Source: Eledone cirrhosa
Taxonomy: Eukaryota
Assembly: GCA_964016885.1 (NCBI GenBank)
Contig: OZ024740.1
Location: forward strand, 75,888,001 to 75,952,000
Length of the DNA stretch: 64,000 nucleotides
Direction: 5' to 3'
Part shown: positions 47,746 to 59,804 of the stretch, in pieces
Numbering within the stretch: the first letter of the stretch is position 1
How the letters are laid out: each line of letters begins with the position of its first letter
Made by a program: the position numbers and the translations under genes
Notes under the pieces: model-generated
The model's input: the letters and a program-made list of their open reading frames with translations, nothing else
What the model was told of the DNA's origin: nothing
The model's database searches: none

Positions 47746-49863
47746 AATAATGATAATAATAATAATGATGATGATGATAGAAATGTGTCAGCAAAAGAGT
47801 ATGAGAAACTTGCTAAATATAAAGATCTAGAAATTGAGATAAACAGAATGTGGCACCTTAAAACACAAACTATTCCAGTAGTTTATAGGAGCTCTAGGTA
47901 TCATAAAGAAAGATGTTCAACAGTTCCAAGAAAACATACCTGGTATACCTAGCATCTATGAAATCCAAAGATAATTCTAACAAGTACCACCCACATACTT
48001 CTTAAATTTTTGTCTTTGTAATATATGTCAACACAATCTTTTCTGCTTAATTTTTAAAGCAAATCTAATTAATATTTAATACCATAATGCAAAATTAATT
48101 CATTTCTTTTATACTCCTTAATACTTCTTTTTATCTCCTCCTACTCCTATATTTTTATATTTTCTCATATTTTAAAACTTCTTTACCTATCAACTTTTGT
48201 GATGTCACTTGGTAAGTGAATGTGAGGACAGAACAAAGCTATCGAAAACTGTCAAAACCAACGATGCCTGCCCTAAGTATCTGATTGATACTCGCTAGTC
48301 ACTGCACATAAAACGAAATAAAAGGAAAATATAATAATAATAATAATAATAACTATTTCTACTTTTGGCACAAGGTCAGCAATTACCCAGTACATTACTG
48401 GTACTTTATTTTATCGACCCCGTAGGGATGAAAGGCAAAGTTAACCTTGGTGGGATTTGAATAATAATAACAATTCACGAAACGGGTTAAAAAGCATTGA
48501 ACTAAAAGCCGAGATTGAGGGATTTCTAATTGATGCACAAGTTCAAAGTCTCCCTGCCAGGAACCACCAAAAATACATAACGAAGTGGAACATAATAACT
48601 GTAAAATATGTGGTGATGGAGAAGAAACAATTAACCATATTATCTCTGGTTGCCCAGATTCATTCACAAGTGAATATATCCACAGACACCAGACCTGAAG
48701 AGTTAGGATTTAGAAAAGTTGGTTGTATTGTGAACACTACAAAGTACCATCAGAAAAAAGGTGGTACAAACATACAGCAGAAAAGGTGTCAGAGAATGAC
48801 AAAGAAAACCAACCTGATATTATAGTCAAAGACCACAAAGAAAAAGAAATGTATTAATCCCCACAGATGTCAATATATCTATGAAGGAAATGGAGAAATT
48901 ATCTAAATATAAAGAACTGGAAGTAGAAATAATCTGAATGTGGATGATGAAAACAGAAACAATCCCTATAATAATAAATGCTTTGGGAATGATAAAAAAA
49001 AATATCAGACAGATACATAACCAAAACCCCAGGATGTACAAATATATACAGCATACAAAAATTAGCCCTACTAGGTGCTGCACACATATTATGAAGAGTA
49101 CTCTCAATACAATAGAAATAACAACACCAACAACAACATGGCAAATACCCAAAGTACATAGAGCTGTGCTTGGTAATACAGGGATGACTCAACAAACACA
49201 AGACTAATAATAATAATAATGTTTCTACTTTAGGCACAAGGCCAGCAATTATCCCAGTGCATTACTGGTGCTTTATTTTATTGACCCCGTAAGGAATGTA
49301 AAGAGCCGTAACTATGCTGCAAAGCATGGTGTCTGACGCTCTACCAATACTGCCAAAAATAATTGTTTCTACTTTTGGCACAAGGCCAACAAATACCCAG
49401 TGTATTACTGGTACTTTATTTTATCGCCCCCGTAAGGATGAAAGGCAAAGTTAACCTCGGCGGGATTTGAACTCAGACTGTAAAGGGACGTAACTCTGCT
49501 AGAAAGCATGGCGTCCAACCCTCTACCGATTCTGCCAATCCACCGCCTTAAATAATAACAATGGATTATACTATATGTATCCAGTTTAGAATAGGTACAC
49601 CATATTACTGTATGTCCTAAGAGACTATTAAAATGGTTGGTGACAAGAAAGATATCTTGTTGCAAAATATTGCTTAAAACAGATCCTATGATGAGTTGGA
49701 AGCTTATAATGGGGCTTACAAGATTAACTTCTTTTTTAGCAGAGGAAAGGGCTTTAAAATACTTGTATCACTTTCTGTCCTTTTCTACTTCCTCTTCTAT
49801 TTATCCATTCTTCACCTTTCTAACATGCATCCTCTATTACATGATTCTATTTCATATTTTCAG

Positions 49864-49980
49864 GGTTGGGTGAAAGGAATTGTCATAGTGAATGGCTTTA
49901 ATCTTGGCCGTTACTGGAACATTGGACCACAGAAGACTTTATATTTGCCAGCACCAGTTTTAGAGATTGGCCTCAATGTT
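49864..49980 (+). CDS. GLB1L2: Beta-galactosidase-like exon 4 of 5
   Basis: TTTCAG|GG...GTT|GTAAGT; [39 protein letters not shown], with the canonical GH35 [15 protein letters not shown] motif. Confidence 0.96.
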
Positions 49981-50057
49981 GTAAGTTGAAAATCTTTTAG
50001 ATTCCACTAAATGCTGTTTAACAATTTGGTTGTGTTCTTTTTTAAAAAGACAAATAC

Positions 50058-50390
50058 TGAAGACCTCACTTCCCACGGGTACAAACCGAAGCTGAAGACA
50101 GTATGCCTGCACCCTTCCTCCCACTGTAATGTGGTTGTGTAGGTGTCAACAACAAAAAACCACCCAGTCCACATTGTAAAGTGGTCGTGTAGGTGCCATG
50201 GTAAAAAGCACCCAGTACTCACTGTAAATGAGGTTGGTGTTAGGAAGGGCATCCAGCTGTAGAAATCAAGCACAAATCAGTTCTGTATGAGCAAGACATG
50301 GTCACCTGACCTGGCATTACCCACAACAGGACAACCCATCTAACCCATGCTAGCGTAGAAGAATGAACATAAAACGGTGATGATGATGAC
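50058..50390 (+). mobile_element. RTE family B-related 3' end
   Basis: Matches 10210-10530; (GAT)n tail. Confidence 0.85.
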
Positions 50391-50399
50391 AAAACTAGT

Positions 50400-51430
50400 T
50401 GTAAATCAATAACTTTAATGGTGAAATTATTAGTTTGAGTGATCTTTCATCAGAATGTTCTGATCTTGATCTTTACTTCAGATAGTTGACATCTTTCACT
50501 TGTATTCAACATGTTTTCCTCAGTATTATTCTTCTGTAACTACCTTTAACTTAGACAACATGGCACTCCATTCACTTAATATCCTTCATTGTGCATCATA
50601 CACAAGTCTTATTCAACCTGTTCTTTATTTGAAGAGAAATGGTCTTTTTAATAACTCTCTGAACTTTTTCCACTTTGTCTTTACACTGGCTACTATACTT
50701 TCACAACACCTAGCTTCACTGCTGATAAGGTTATTCATATAATAAAACCTGTTATCTACTTTTAGAGAGTTTTCTGGGCTGTTGAGAGATTCATTTTTAG
50801 AGTGTTTGTACTACTAATTACCTCTGTACATTTACATATGAAGTCCTTTTTCTCTGTCAGCCTGCTTATGATCCCACTGCATCTTTTGTGCACCTATAGT
50901 TTACATTGTGTACAGAGTATGGAGTTGCTGTCTATTCATTTTCTGCATATTGAGTATCACCACTTCCCAGATAGCCATAAAGTTAAGTATCCTTTCTGGA
51001 TAACAAAGATTTTTGTCTTCACTAGATTCAGTTTTGGATCTCTTTATCCTTGGCCCTGCTTCTACATTTAGGATTTATCTTTTAGTTCTTTGATTCATTC
51101 TGCTATGAGAACAAGGTTACTGGCATACATGAGTTTCCACAGAAGCTGTCTTTTACTCCTTTGTTATGGCCAAAAGATTTATAATAAACAGGAGGAGGTT
51201 GAGAATATAGACCTGATGGACACCTACTTATGTACTCAAATCCTCCTAAAACTTTTGCTAAATCTCACCTGCTGATATTCTTATATATGATTTGCATGCT
51301 TCTCAGGTAGTTCATTTACACCAGCTGTCTTAATAACCATCAGACTACAGAATGTGGTATTGTGTCAAAAGCCTTCATCGGGTCAATGAATGCTTAGTAT
51401 AGAGGTTTTCTCTTAGCTAAGAACATTTAC
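50400..51430 (-). pseudogene. Heavily decayed RTE RT/PHD fragment
   Basis: Residual [19 protein letters not shown] and LAKRKPLY motifs on the minus strand. Confidence 0.7.
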
Positions 51431-51816
51431 AGTTCTCTCATTAAAAAGTCAGTATAAGTATAAAAAGTGTAAGAGGTACAAAACAATATAAAGGAAAATG
51501 AATAAAAAGAAATAGGAGCTTGATAGTAAATGTTTTTGCCGCTCAAACTATTTGACTTAGTATTCTTGAACTTTGGCTGTATACAGATTGAGGTCACTAG
51601 TACATTTTTATCAGGAGGAAAAAACATCTGGAGCAAACAAAAATTATTTCAGATTTAACTGTCTAAAGGATTAGAGTTTGTAATATAATGTTAAGAAGTT
51701 GAATATATATATATATATGTGGGTGTGTGTATATATATATATATATATTCTTTTCCTTTTTTTCCTTTTTTCAAATATACATAACTGTAACAAGGATTTC
51801 ATACATTTTCCTATAT

Positions 51817-51865
<49 letters not shown>

Positions 51866-51868
<3 letters not shown>

Positions 51869-52531
51869 GAGGTGGGTCAGAAAAGTTCCAGGACTGATGT
51901 CACAAAAGATTTATTTCAAACCCAAACTTCACACTAAGAGTTTTCTCCTTCAAAGTAATCCCCCTGGAGTCTAATGCACTTTTCCATCCTTTTCTGCCAC
52001 GCTTGCATGCACTCCTGGAAGGATTCTGGGATTGCTGCAACAAGTGTATGGAGATGAGACGATGTCACGCTCACATGTGTTTTTGAGTGGTGCAACAGGT
52101 TTAAAGAAGGACGCGAAGACGTGGAAGATGACCCCAGGAGCGGAAGGCCCTCAACAACCAGGACTGAGGTCAATGTTGAGCGCATCAGGCAGATGGTGCG
52201 TAGCGATCGTCGGCTGACTGTTCGACTGATGGCAAATGAGCTGGGCATGAATTGGGACAGCGTCTGGAAGGTTCTCACTGAAGATTTGGACATGTGGAAA
52301 GTCTGCGCGAAGATGGTGCCAAAACTGCTGAACGATGACCAGAAGGGTCGACGCATGCAAGTGTGCCAGGACATCCTCGAGTGTCTTGAAACCGAACCAG
52401 ACTTGCTAGGGACAGTCATCACCGGTGATGAGTCATGGATCTTCGAGTACGACCCGGAGGGGACCCGTTTTGAAGACGTCGACGACATCAAAAAGGCCGT
52501 GGCGACGGAACTGCGGAGGATCCCGGAAGAA
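51866..52531. mobile_element. Mariner (Tc1/mariner) relic, internally deleted and inverted
   Basis: TA + TIR CGAGGTGGGTCAGAAAAGTTCC; minus-strand C-terminus FQECMQAWQKRMEKCIRLQGDYFEG; plus-strand HTH (EDDPRSGRPST) and ITGDESWIFEYDPE. Confidence 0.88.
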
Positions 52532-52556
52532 TGTGTGCGTGTATTTGTGTTTGTGT

Positions 52557-52878
52557 ATCATCATCATCGTCCGCTTTTCCCTGCTTGCAAGGGTGGGACG
52601 GGAACTGATTCTGGCTTGATTTCTACAGCTGGATGCCCTTCCTAACACCAACCTCATTTACAGTGAGTGCTGGGTGCTTTTTTGCCGTGGCACCTCCACG
52701 CCCACTTTGCAGTGGAATGATATGGACTCCAGTCCCTATCATCTCATTTCTACAGCTGAGTAAACTGGAGCAATGTGAAATGAAGTCTCTTGCTCAAGGA
52801 AACAACACATCACCCAGTCTGAGAATTGAACTCACAACCTTTCGAATGCAAGGCCAATGCTCTAACCACTAAGCCATG
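52557..52878 (-). mobile_element. CORE-SINE with RTE-derived 3' body
   Basis: Reverse complement of the SINE at 53526; (CAT)n tail. Confidence 0.85.
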
Positions 52879-52890
52879 TATATATGTTTT

Positions 52891-52970
<80 letters not shown>

Positions 52971-52974
<4 letters not shown>

Positions 52975-53091
52975 AGGCGTGTGGCTGAGTGGTTAGAGAA
53001 TTGGATTCACAATCTTGAGGTTGTGAGTTCGATTCCTGGACCGGGCGATGCATTATGTCCTTGAGCAAGACACTTTATTTCACGTTGCTCC
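52971..53091 (+). mobile_element. CORE-SINE head (tRNA-like A/B boxes + CORE), 3' part missing
   Basis: TGGCTGAGTGG, GAGTTCGATTCC, TGTCCTTGAGCAAGACACTTTA. Confidence 0.8.
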
Positions 53092-53188
53092 TTCTACCTG
53101 GAGTTGCGACCGATAGATAGTGCTAGCAACTGGAAAGACCAACGGAAACATTGTTTCCTCGGTCCAATTTGATGAAAGTCGATCGAAA

Positions 53189-53227
<39 letters not shown>

Positions 53228-53230
<3 letters not shown>

Positions 53231-53510
53231 TCATCATCATCATCATCACCGTCTACATTTACAGTGAGTGCTGGGTGCTTTTTTTCCGTGGCGCCTACAC
53301 GTCCACTTTACAGTGTGGGCTGGGTGCTTTTTTGCCGTGGCAGCTCCATGACTACTTTGCAGTGGGAGGGTGTGGGGGTATATTGTCTATATGCTTCAGC
53401 TTCGGCTTGTACCCGTGGGGGATCGGGTCTTCTGTATTACTGCGTGACGCCAGAGGTCACAGTCGTGTGTCATCGTCTTTGAGAGGTGTAATTGGGTAAG
53501 GTCAGCTTTT
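53228..53510 (-). mobile_element. RTE family B-related 3' fragment
   Basis: Matches the reverse of 10130-10370. Confidence 0.8.
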
Positions 53511-53525
53511 ATATATATATATAAT

Positions 53526-53850
53526 GGAGGCATATGGCTTAGTGGTTAGAGCATTGATCTTGCAATCGAAAGGTTGTGAGTTCAATTCTCAGACCGGGTA
53601 ATGTGTTGTTTCCTTGAGCAAGACACTTTATTTCACATTGCTCCAGTTTACTCAGCTGTAGAAATGAGATGATAGGGACTGGGGTCCATATCATTCCACT
53701 GCAAAATAGTCGTGGAGGTGCCACGGCAAAAAAGCACCCAGCACTCACTGTAAATGAGGTTGGTGTTAGGAAGGGCATCCAGCTGTAGAAATCAAGCCAG
53801 AATCAGTTCCCGTCACACCCTTGCAAGCAGGGAAAAAGCGAATGTAAAAT
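53526..53850 (+). mobile_element. Full-length CORE-SINE with RTE family B-derived 3' body
   Basis: A box TGGCTTAGTGG, B box GAGTTCAATTC, CORE CCTTGAGCAAGACACTTTA; 53709-53800 matches the RTE-B 3' UTR. Confidence 0.87.
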
Positions 53851-53967
53851 GAAATGAAAATGAATGAATGAATGTATGTATATGTTTGTATATGTATATA
53901 TGTGTATTTGTGTATATATATATGTGTGTGTTTATCTATGAATATATATATAAATATGTATATATAG

Positions 53968-54163
53968 TGTAGGCAACATGATAAAAACCTCCCAGACCCA
54001 CACTGTAAATGTGATTGGTGTTAGGAAGGGCATCCAACTGTAGAAAACCTGCCAGACAGTCCTATGCGAGCAAGACAATCACTCTTGCCTCAAGTGGGAC
54101 TACCCCCGTCCAAACCCATGCAAGCGTGGAACACGGACGTTAAACGTTGATGATGATGATGAT
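53968..54163 (+). mobile_element. RTE family A 3' UTR fragment
   Basis: Matches 43537-43727. Confidence 0.9.
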
Positions 54164-54180
54164 GTATATATAGTGAGTAA

Positions 54181-54389
54181 TCTATATAATATTATAAAGC
54201 TGAGCGTCGTGTGTATGTATTATGTATCCTACACACCTCCCTATAGTTTCTTAGCTTTACTCTCTCCGTCGCTCTTCCCTCTCTCTATAATAGATCATTC
54301 CCCCTCTCTATAATTTAACTGCTTTACTCTCTATATGACAACACTGGGCAGGTATACCGAGCCGGGCACCAGCCGGACGGGTCAGCTAG
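54181..54389 (+). mobile_element. Non-autonomous mini-Helitron (209 bp)
   Basis: A|TCTATATAATATTATAAAGCTG start; GC-rich subterminal hairpin region GCCGGGCACCAGCCGGACGGG; CTAG|T end; inserted between A and T with no TSD. Confidence 0.75.
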
Positions 54390-54952
54390 TATTAAATATT
54401 ACTCAGTTACAAGTATGAATATAGGTCAATGTAATATAACAAGTATAATACAGAGCTGAAATACAATGTAAATAATAATCAAAGAGTATTTAATCTTATT
54501 TGTAACCATATGTATTTTACTTAATCACCTTTTATCTGCTCCTCATTTGTTATCTACTCCTATTTTTCACATGTATTCCACCTCAGTTGCTTGGTTACTT
54601 TGTATAAATATTGATGATTGCTTTTATCTAAGCTCTCATACTATGTATCCTCCAAATGTTCCTGAAGCAAAGATTAGATCCTATATTTGTATTTAACTTT
54701 TGTAAAAAACTCTGAACATTCCTGCCTTGTGCTAGAATGAAACATTGTTAGTTATTAAATGTTTGAAAGATTAAATACTCTCTTTGATGATTATTATTTA
54801 CATTATATATATATATCATCATCATCATCATTTTACGTCTGCTTTTCCCTGCTTACAAGGGTGGGACAATATATATATATGTGTGTGTGTGTATTTTCCA
54901 ATTCCAACCCGCCCGTCCCCTCAATCTATCTTATTTCTTATTTCTTATTCTT

Positions 54953-54988
54953 TCTTCTGATGAAGGACTAGCATCCGAAACGTTGAGA
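54953..54988 (+). ncRNA. Minimal Penelope-type hammerhead ribozyme
   Basis: TCTT CTGATGA A GGA ctagca TCC GAAA CG TT GAGA; the palindrome AACGTT replaces stem III. Confidence 0.78.
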
Positions 54989-55203
54989 CCCTCTTCCTGC
55001 TATATCAAGTGTTAGCCTAATATATCCCTTCCATATACTGTACCGATTGTGTTGTTATTTCTGTTTACCTTTTACATACATATATATATATATATGAAGT
55101 AATTCCGTCGGAAAAGTCCAGGAAAAAAGAGTGCTCTATGTAGGTAACAGAGCTTAATAGCTTGGTTTTTTAAAATCCAATTCAATAAATAGACCAGGAT
55201 TTT

Positions 55204-55261
55204 TTCATTCTGATGATTGAAAGCAAAACTTTTTGCTTTTAAGAAACCACTGGTAAATGGA
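55204..55261 (+). ncRNA. Type I hammerhead ribozyme with all three stems
   Basis: Stem I TTCATT/AATGGA; CTGATGA; 11-bp stem II TTGAAAGCAAA actt TTTGCTTTTAA; GAAA; stem III CC act GG; GUA cleavage triplet. Confidence 0.82.
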
Positions 55262-55408
55262 ATAATTGCCTTATGTTGTTTATTACATAACATATATATA
55301 TATATATATATATATAACACACCGAGCATTATAATAAATGTTCGGTGAATCCATACGTACATATATATGTGTGCATGTATGTATTTATATATACATACTA
55401 CTGTACGT

Positions 55409-55515
55409 CTGTATTTTGTTAGAGATGCCTACTGGCTGGAGTAGGTTTTACTATATATTTAGGTAAGGCGGGTCTTCTCTGTTACTGAGTACCGCCAAAG
55501 GTCTCGGTCCAGTGT
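55409..55515 (-). mobile_element. RTE family A internal fragment around the stop codon
   Basis: Matches 18373-18478. Confidence 0.85.
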
Positions 55516-55790
55516 TTATATATATATATAAATATCATGGTTAATTGATTTAACAGATGTTACCAAAATTCCTTTTTCTACCTAAAAATAAGTGGGTGAC
55601 AGTATTTCAAAAGTTTTTTTAAGTGTGGGGGTGAATTTGCTTTATCTCTGTTTTTGTATTAATTGTATATTTCTAAAAATAGTTTTTTTCAAAGAATATC
55701 ACTTCTTTAAAAAACCCATCAACCAATGACGTCTACCCATACTAAAAATCACGACTCTCCCCACCTACCGCATTATACCACAAGCCTGCT

Positions 55791-55835
55791 TTCCTGATGA
55801 TTTCCTTCGAATGAAACAGTTCTAGTCCTGTAGAA
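55791..55835 (+). ncRNA. Type I hammerhead ribozyme
   Basis: TTC CTGATGA T-TTC cttc GAA-T GAAA CAG ttctagtc CTG TA GAA; second copy at 27844. Confidence 0.68.
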
Positions 55836-55925
55836 CCCATTTCAATATTAAATTTTGTATATACTCCACTAATGTATTAAGTATCTTACTGTTGTTACTT
55901 ACCCCCGATTGAACCCGGGACTCAT

Positions 55926-55968
<43 letters not shown>

Positions 55969-56769
55969 CTAAATTCATAGGAGAGATGTGGTGTTATTGG
56001 GTGGTGTAAGAAGACTACTAGTAATAATTATGGTTTCTACTTTTGGTACAAGGCCATCGATTACCCCAGTGCATCACTGGTACTTTATTTTATCAACCTC
56101 GAAAGAATGAAAGGCAAAGTTAACCTCGGCGGATTTGAACTCTGAACGCAAAGGGCTATAACTATGCTGCAAAGCATGGTGTCTGATGCTCTACCGATAC
56201 TGCCAAACCACAATGCCACCCTGCTGGCTTCAGCCTCTACAAATCTCCACCTTCCACTACCCGCAATCTAAACTATAATAAAGCAAGGAGTGCGGGACTG
56301 CGTCCAGAATATATTTTTTTTATCCCGTTTGTAAAATAAGTTGGATTACTTTGAATAAATAATGAATGAATATTACATAATTTATCTACTAAATTTCGTT
56401 ATTCTTGATTAAATATAAATAATTTTGTGGCTTATTTTAAGATTCACTTCTTTAAAATTTTTAAATGTCCAGATTTCCAGTTAGCGATCGCTTAAATAAA
56501 TGTTCATATATTTCTGTCACTAATTTTCTCCTAATGCAGTTTATATATAATATCGTCTTTTTTTAATGTATCATGGATTACGTTACTGATTACATAAGAC
56601 AGTGTAACGCAGTCTTCGTTCAATTTCTGTCTATGCTGTCAATTACGATTTCATTTGATGTATCATATCTACATGCATATATACTTGCATATAATATCAA
56701 TATGCACACTACACATACTAGCAGAAAAACACCCAGGGGTGGTTTTTCTGCTAGTACATATTAATGAGT

Positions 56770-57099
56770 TGGCTAGTTATAAGTAATTATGAATCACTAC
56801 TTCCTTATGGACAACTGATGCTGCACACTAGGTCCGAATACAGAAGAGGCAAACTTCTACTGTCATTGCCTCCATCTCTCTCTATTATGAACAAATGGGG
56901 TCCCACGTGCTGGCTACCCCACGGCCTCGGCGGACAGAATGGCGAAGGCATTTCCCCAGAAGATGGTAAGAGAGATGCGCTGGAAGAGCCATTCCATCTT
57001 GTGAGGGTCACACCTGTGGCTAGCCAGCTCAGCACCTTTAGTGGTAAGTAGGGAGGTAGCCCTAGGGCCAAGGGCACTAGAAGTCTCCACTGCTAGGGG
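56770..57099 (-). mobile_element. CRE-clade non-LTR retrotransposon 3' end (REL endonuclease C-terminus + 3' UTR)
   Basis: Minus frame 57099-56914: PLAVETSSALGPRATSLLTTKGAELASHRCDPHKMEWLFQRISLTIFWGNAFAILSAEAVG*, matching the CRE pattern PlavEt.G...LfQRlS....GNa. Not listed in the ORF track. Confidence 0.7.
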
Positions 57100-58607
57100 C
57101 TTGACTGCACACTACAACTTATCCCTCTTATAGACAGTTTTTCTCTCAACTCATCTATGCTTAGTCGTTCACACACATTGACATTGCACATCCAACGGAG
57201 CATGCTTGCTTCATTTCTCTCCAGCCGTCGCATATCCTCTGCAGTTGCTGCCCATGTCTCACTACCATGCAGCATCGCGCTCCTCACACAGGCATCATAC
57301 AACCGGCCTTTCGTACGCAGGGAGAAACCCTTCTTCATCAACAGAGGAAGCAGCTCCCTAAACTTCTTCCAACCCGTCCTTATTCTAGATACAGTGGCCT
57401 TGGAACACCCTCCTCCCATGCTAATCTGATCACCTAGGTACCGGAAGCTATCAACCACTTCCATAGAACCCACCTGCATTTGAAAAATGTGTCTATCACT
57501 GCGACTTCTACTGTCAAATTTCCCTGTACATCTACTACATACATAGCTTTCCCTACCTGTTAGTTTACCTGCTATCCCACTACATCTCTTGTGTACCCAA
57601 GATCTGCATTGTGTATATTTTATAGAATTTATGGCAGCTCCTTTTTTACATATCGAACATGGCCATTTCCCCGATGGAATCAGTTTTGTCCTCTTTTCTA
57701 CTTGTCAACACTTTTGTCTTAGCTAGGTTCACTCTCAGTCCTCTTGATTCCAACTGCTGTTTCCATAGCCAGAAATTATTCTCTAGCTCCTCTACTGATT
57801 CTGCCATAAGGACCAGATCGTCAGCATATAGAAGTTCCCATGGGCAGCCAGTCTCCTCTGTTATGGCTTGGGGGACTACAATGGACAAGAGCGGGCTGAG
57901 GACCAAACCCTGATGTACTCCTACTTGTATCTGGAGCTCCGCACTAAACTCCATTCCTACTCTCACTTTACTGACAGCACCCCTGTACATAGCTTGCACT
58001 GTCCTTACAAGCCATTCTTCTACATCTAGTTTCCTTAGGTGACTACCAGATGACAGATCAGGTACCCTATCCAAGGCCTTCTCTAGGTCAACAAAAGCTA
58101 AGTATAGTGGCTTATTCTTCTCTAAGAACCTCTCTTGTAGTTGTGTCACTAAGAAAAGGGCATCTGTTGTACTTTTCTCAGGTACAAAACCAAACTGCAT
58201 CTTATCTAGTTTGACCCTTTCTCTAATTAGTTGTGCTAATATTCTTTCTGTCACTTTTGATAACCTGATCCATCAGTTTAATGCCCCTATAATTGCTCCT
58301 CTCCAGAGCATCCCCTTTACCTTTCTAGCAATTTATGAGAATACTGCTGCACCACTCTTTAGGTATGACTCCACTATATATAGCTTGATTGACGATGAGT
58401 ACAACCAGTTTAGTACCTACTTCCCCTGATGCCTTCAGCATCTCAGCAACTATCCCCGACGGTCCAGCAGCCTTACCACTTTTCATTTCCTTAATGCCTC
58501 TTGGACCCTATATTCGTCAATCTCAATAGCTGGTCCCTCTGTCGGATCTACTGGGAGTAGTTTCTCTCTCTCCCATACATTTTCCACATTCATCAGTCTC
58601 TCATAAT

Positions 58608-58712
58608 TGTTTCTACTTTTGGCACAAGGCCAGCAATTACCCAGTGCATTACTGGTACTTTATTTTATCGACCCCATAAAGATGAAGGGCAAAGTTAACC
58701 TCGGCGGGATTG
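58608..58712 (-). mobile_element. 5'-truncated SINE with 9-bp TSD, nested in RTE-C
   Basis: TCTCATAAT at 58599-58607 and 58713-58721. Confidence 0.85.
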
Positions 58713-58764
58713 TCTCATAATGACACATCGAAGCCTCCTTTTTCTGATCATGCTTTCCAGCATA

Positions 58765-58901
58765 GTTACGTCTCTTTACGATCTGAGTTCAAATCCCGCC
58801 GAGGTTGACTTTGCCTTTCATCCTTACGGGGTCGATAAAATAAAGTACCAGTAATGTACTGGATAATTGCTGGCCCTGTGCCAAAAGTAGAAACAATTAT
58901 T
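58765..58901 (+). mobile_element. 5'-truncated SINE nested in RTE-C
   Basis: GAGTTCAAATCCCGCCGAGGTTGACTTTGCCTTTCATCC...AGTAGAAACAATTATT. Confidence 0.85.
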
Positions 58902-59804
58902 GACACTAAGTACACCAGCATCATTTTGGACACACTTATCTCCAACAACATCCTGATTTACACTGACACACTGCCTTGCTATGCAGAAGACCGCATGCCT
59001 CTGATCTTCCTGTCGCAGAACATTGGTAAATCTCCTACTCTCAGCCTCTTTGCGTGCTAAGTACACCTGATGCCTAGTTTCTCTCTTAGCGGCTGTGTAT
59101 CGGTCTCTATTCTCACCATTTTTCCAAGCATTCCATGCTAGTCTTTTGTCTCTAATGGTCCTTTCTAATGTGCTGTTCCACCACCAGGTCACACTCTGGT
59201 CAGAGCTCTGCTCCAGCCACAAATTTCTTCAGTAGCCTGCAGTAAGTTGTCACGTAAGAAATTCCAGTTATTATCTATGTCATACGATTCTAAATCGTCT
59301 TCTTTTTCATCATACACATCTTGAAGGGCTTTTCTAAGTTTATATTTTAGTGAAAGGTCTTTTAGCTTCCAGACCTTCCTTTTCCACACCTACCTGTATA
59401 TCTCATTTTGTCTCTTGCTTATTGAGATGTCACCAACGACTAACCTATGCTGTGGCGTACATTCTTCCCCAGGATATAATATAAACATTGTTGTCTCAAA
59501 AATCATTGAGATGAAGGGTGAGTGCATTTGAAATTCATAGGAATTATTTAAAAACTTGAATGCAATGAATAGCTGTTAAAACAGCCGAATACTGTCAATG
59601 ACAATATCATGTAAGTCAGTTAAAAATTTCAAATATACTCGTGCTTCATCTCAATGTTTTTCAAGGCAACAATATTTTTTTTTTTGTTATCATAGCTATG
59701 ATTTCATTAGCTTTCCAATTTGGACAGGAATAATTGCCTAAGGCCTCCTACTACATTCCTCATTTTTCCTTTTTGTTTCCTTATTCATTTCTTTTTCTTT
59801 GCAG

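Larger units (their letters stand above)
57100..59475 (-). mobile_element. Third RTE family (C), decayed, interrupted by two SINEs
   Basis: ORF pieces 59189-59389, 58824-59222, 57646-58254 (YADD) and 57093-57479. Confidence 0.9.

Noticed and set aside
52975-53046. tRNA-like sequences (also 53530 and 39056)
   Set aside because: SINE heads running into CORE or Deu/Nin-like bodies; no complete cloverleaf.
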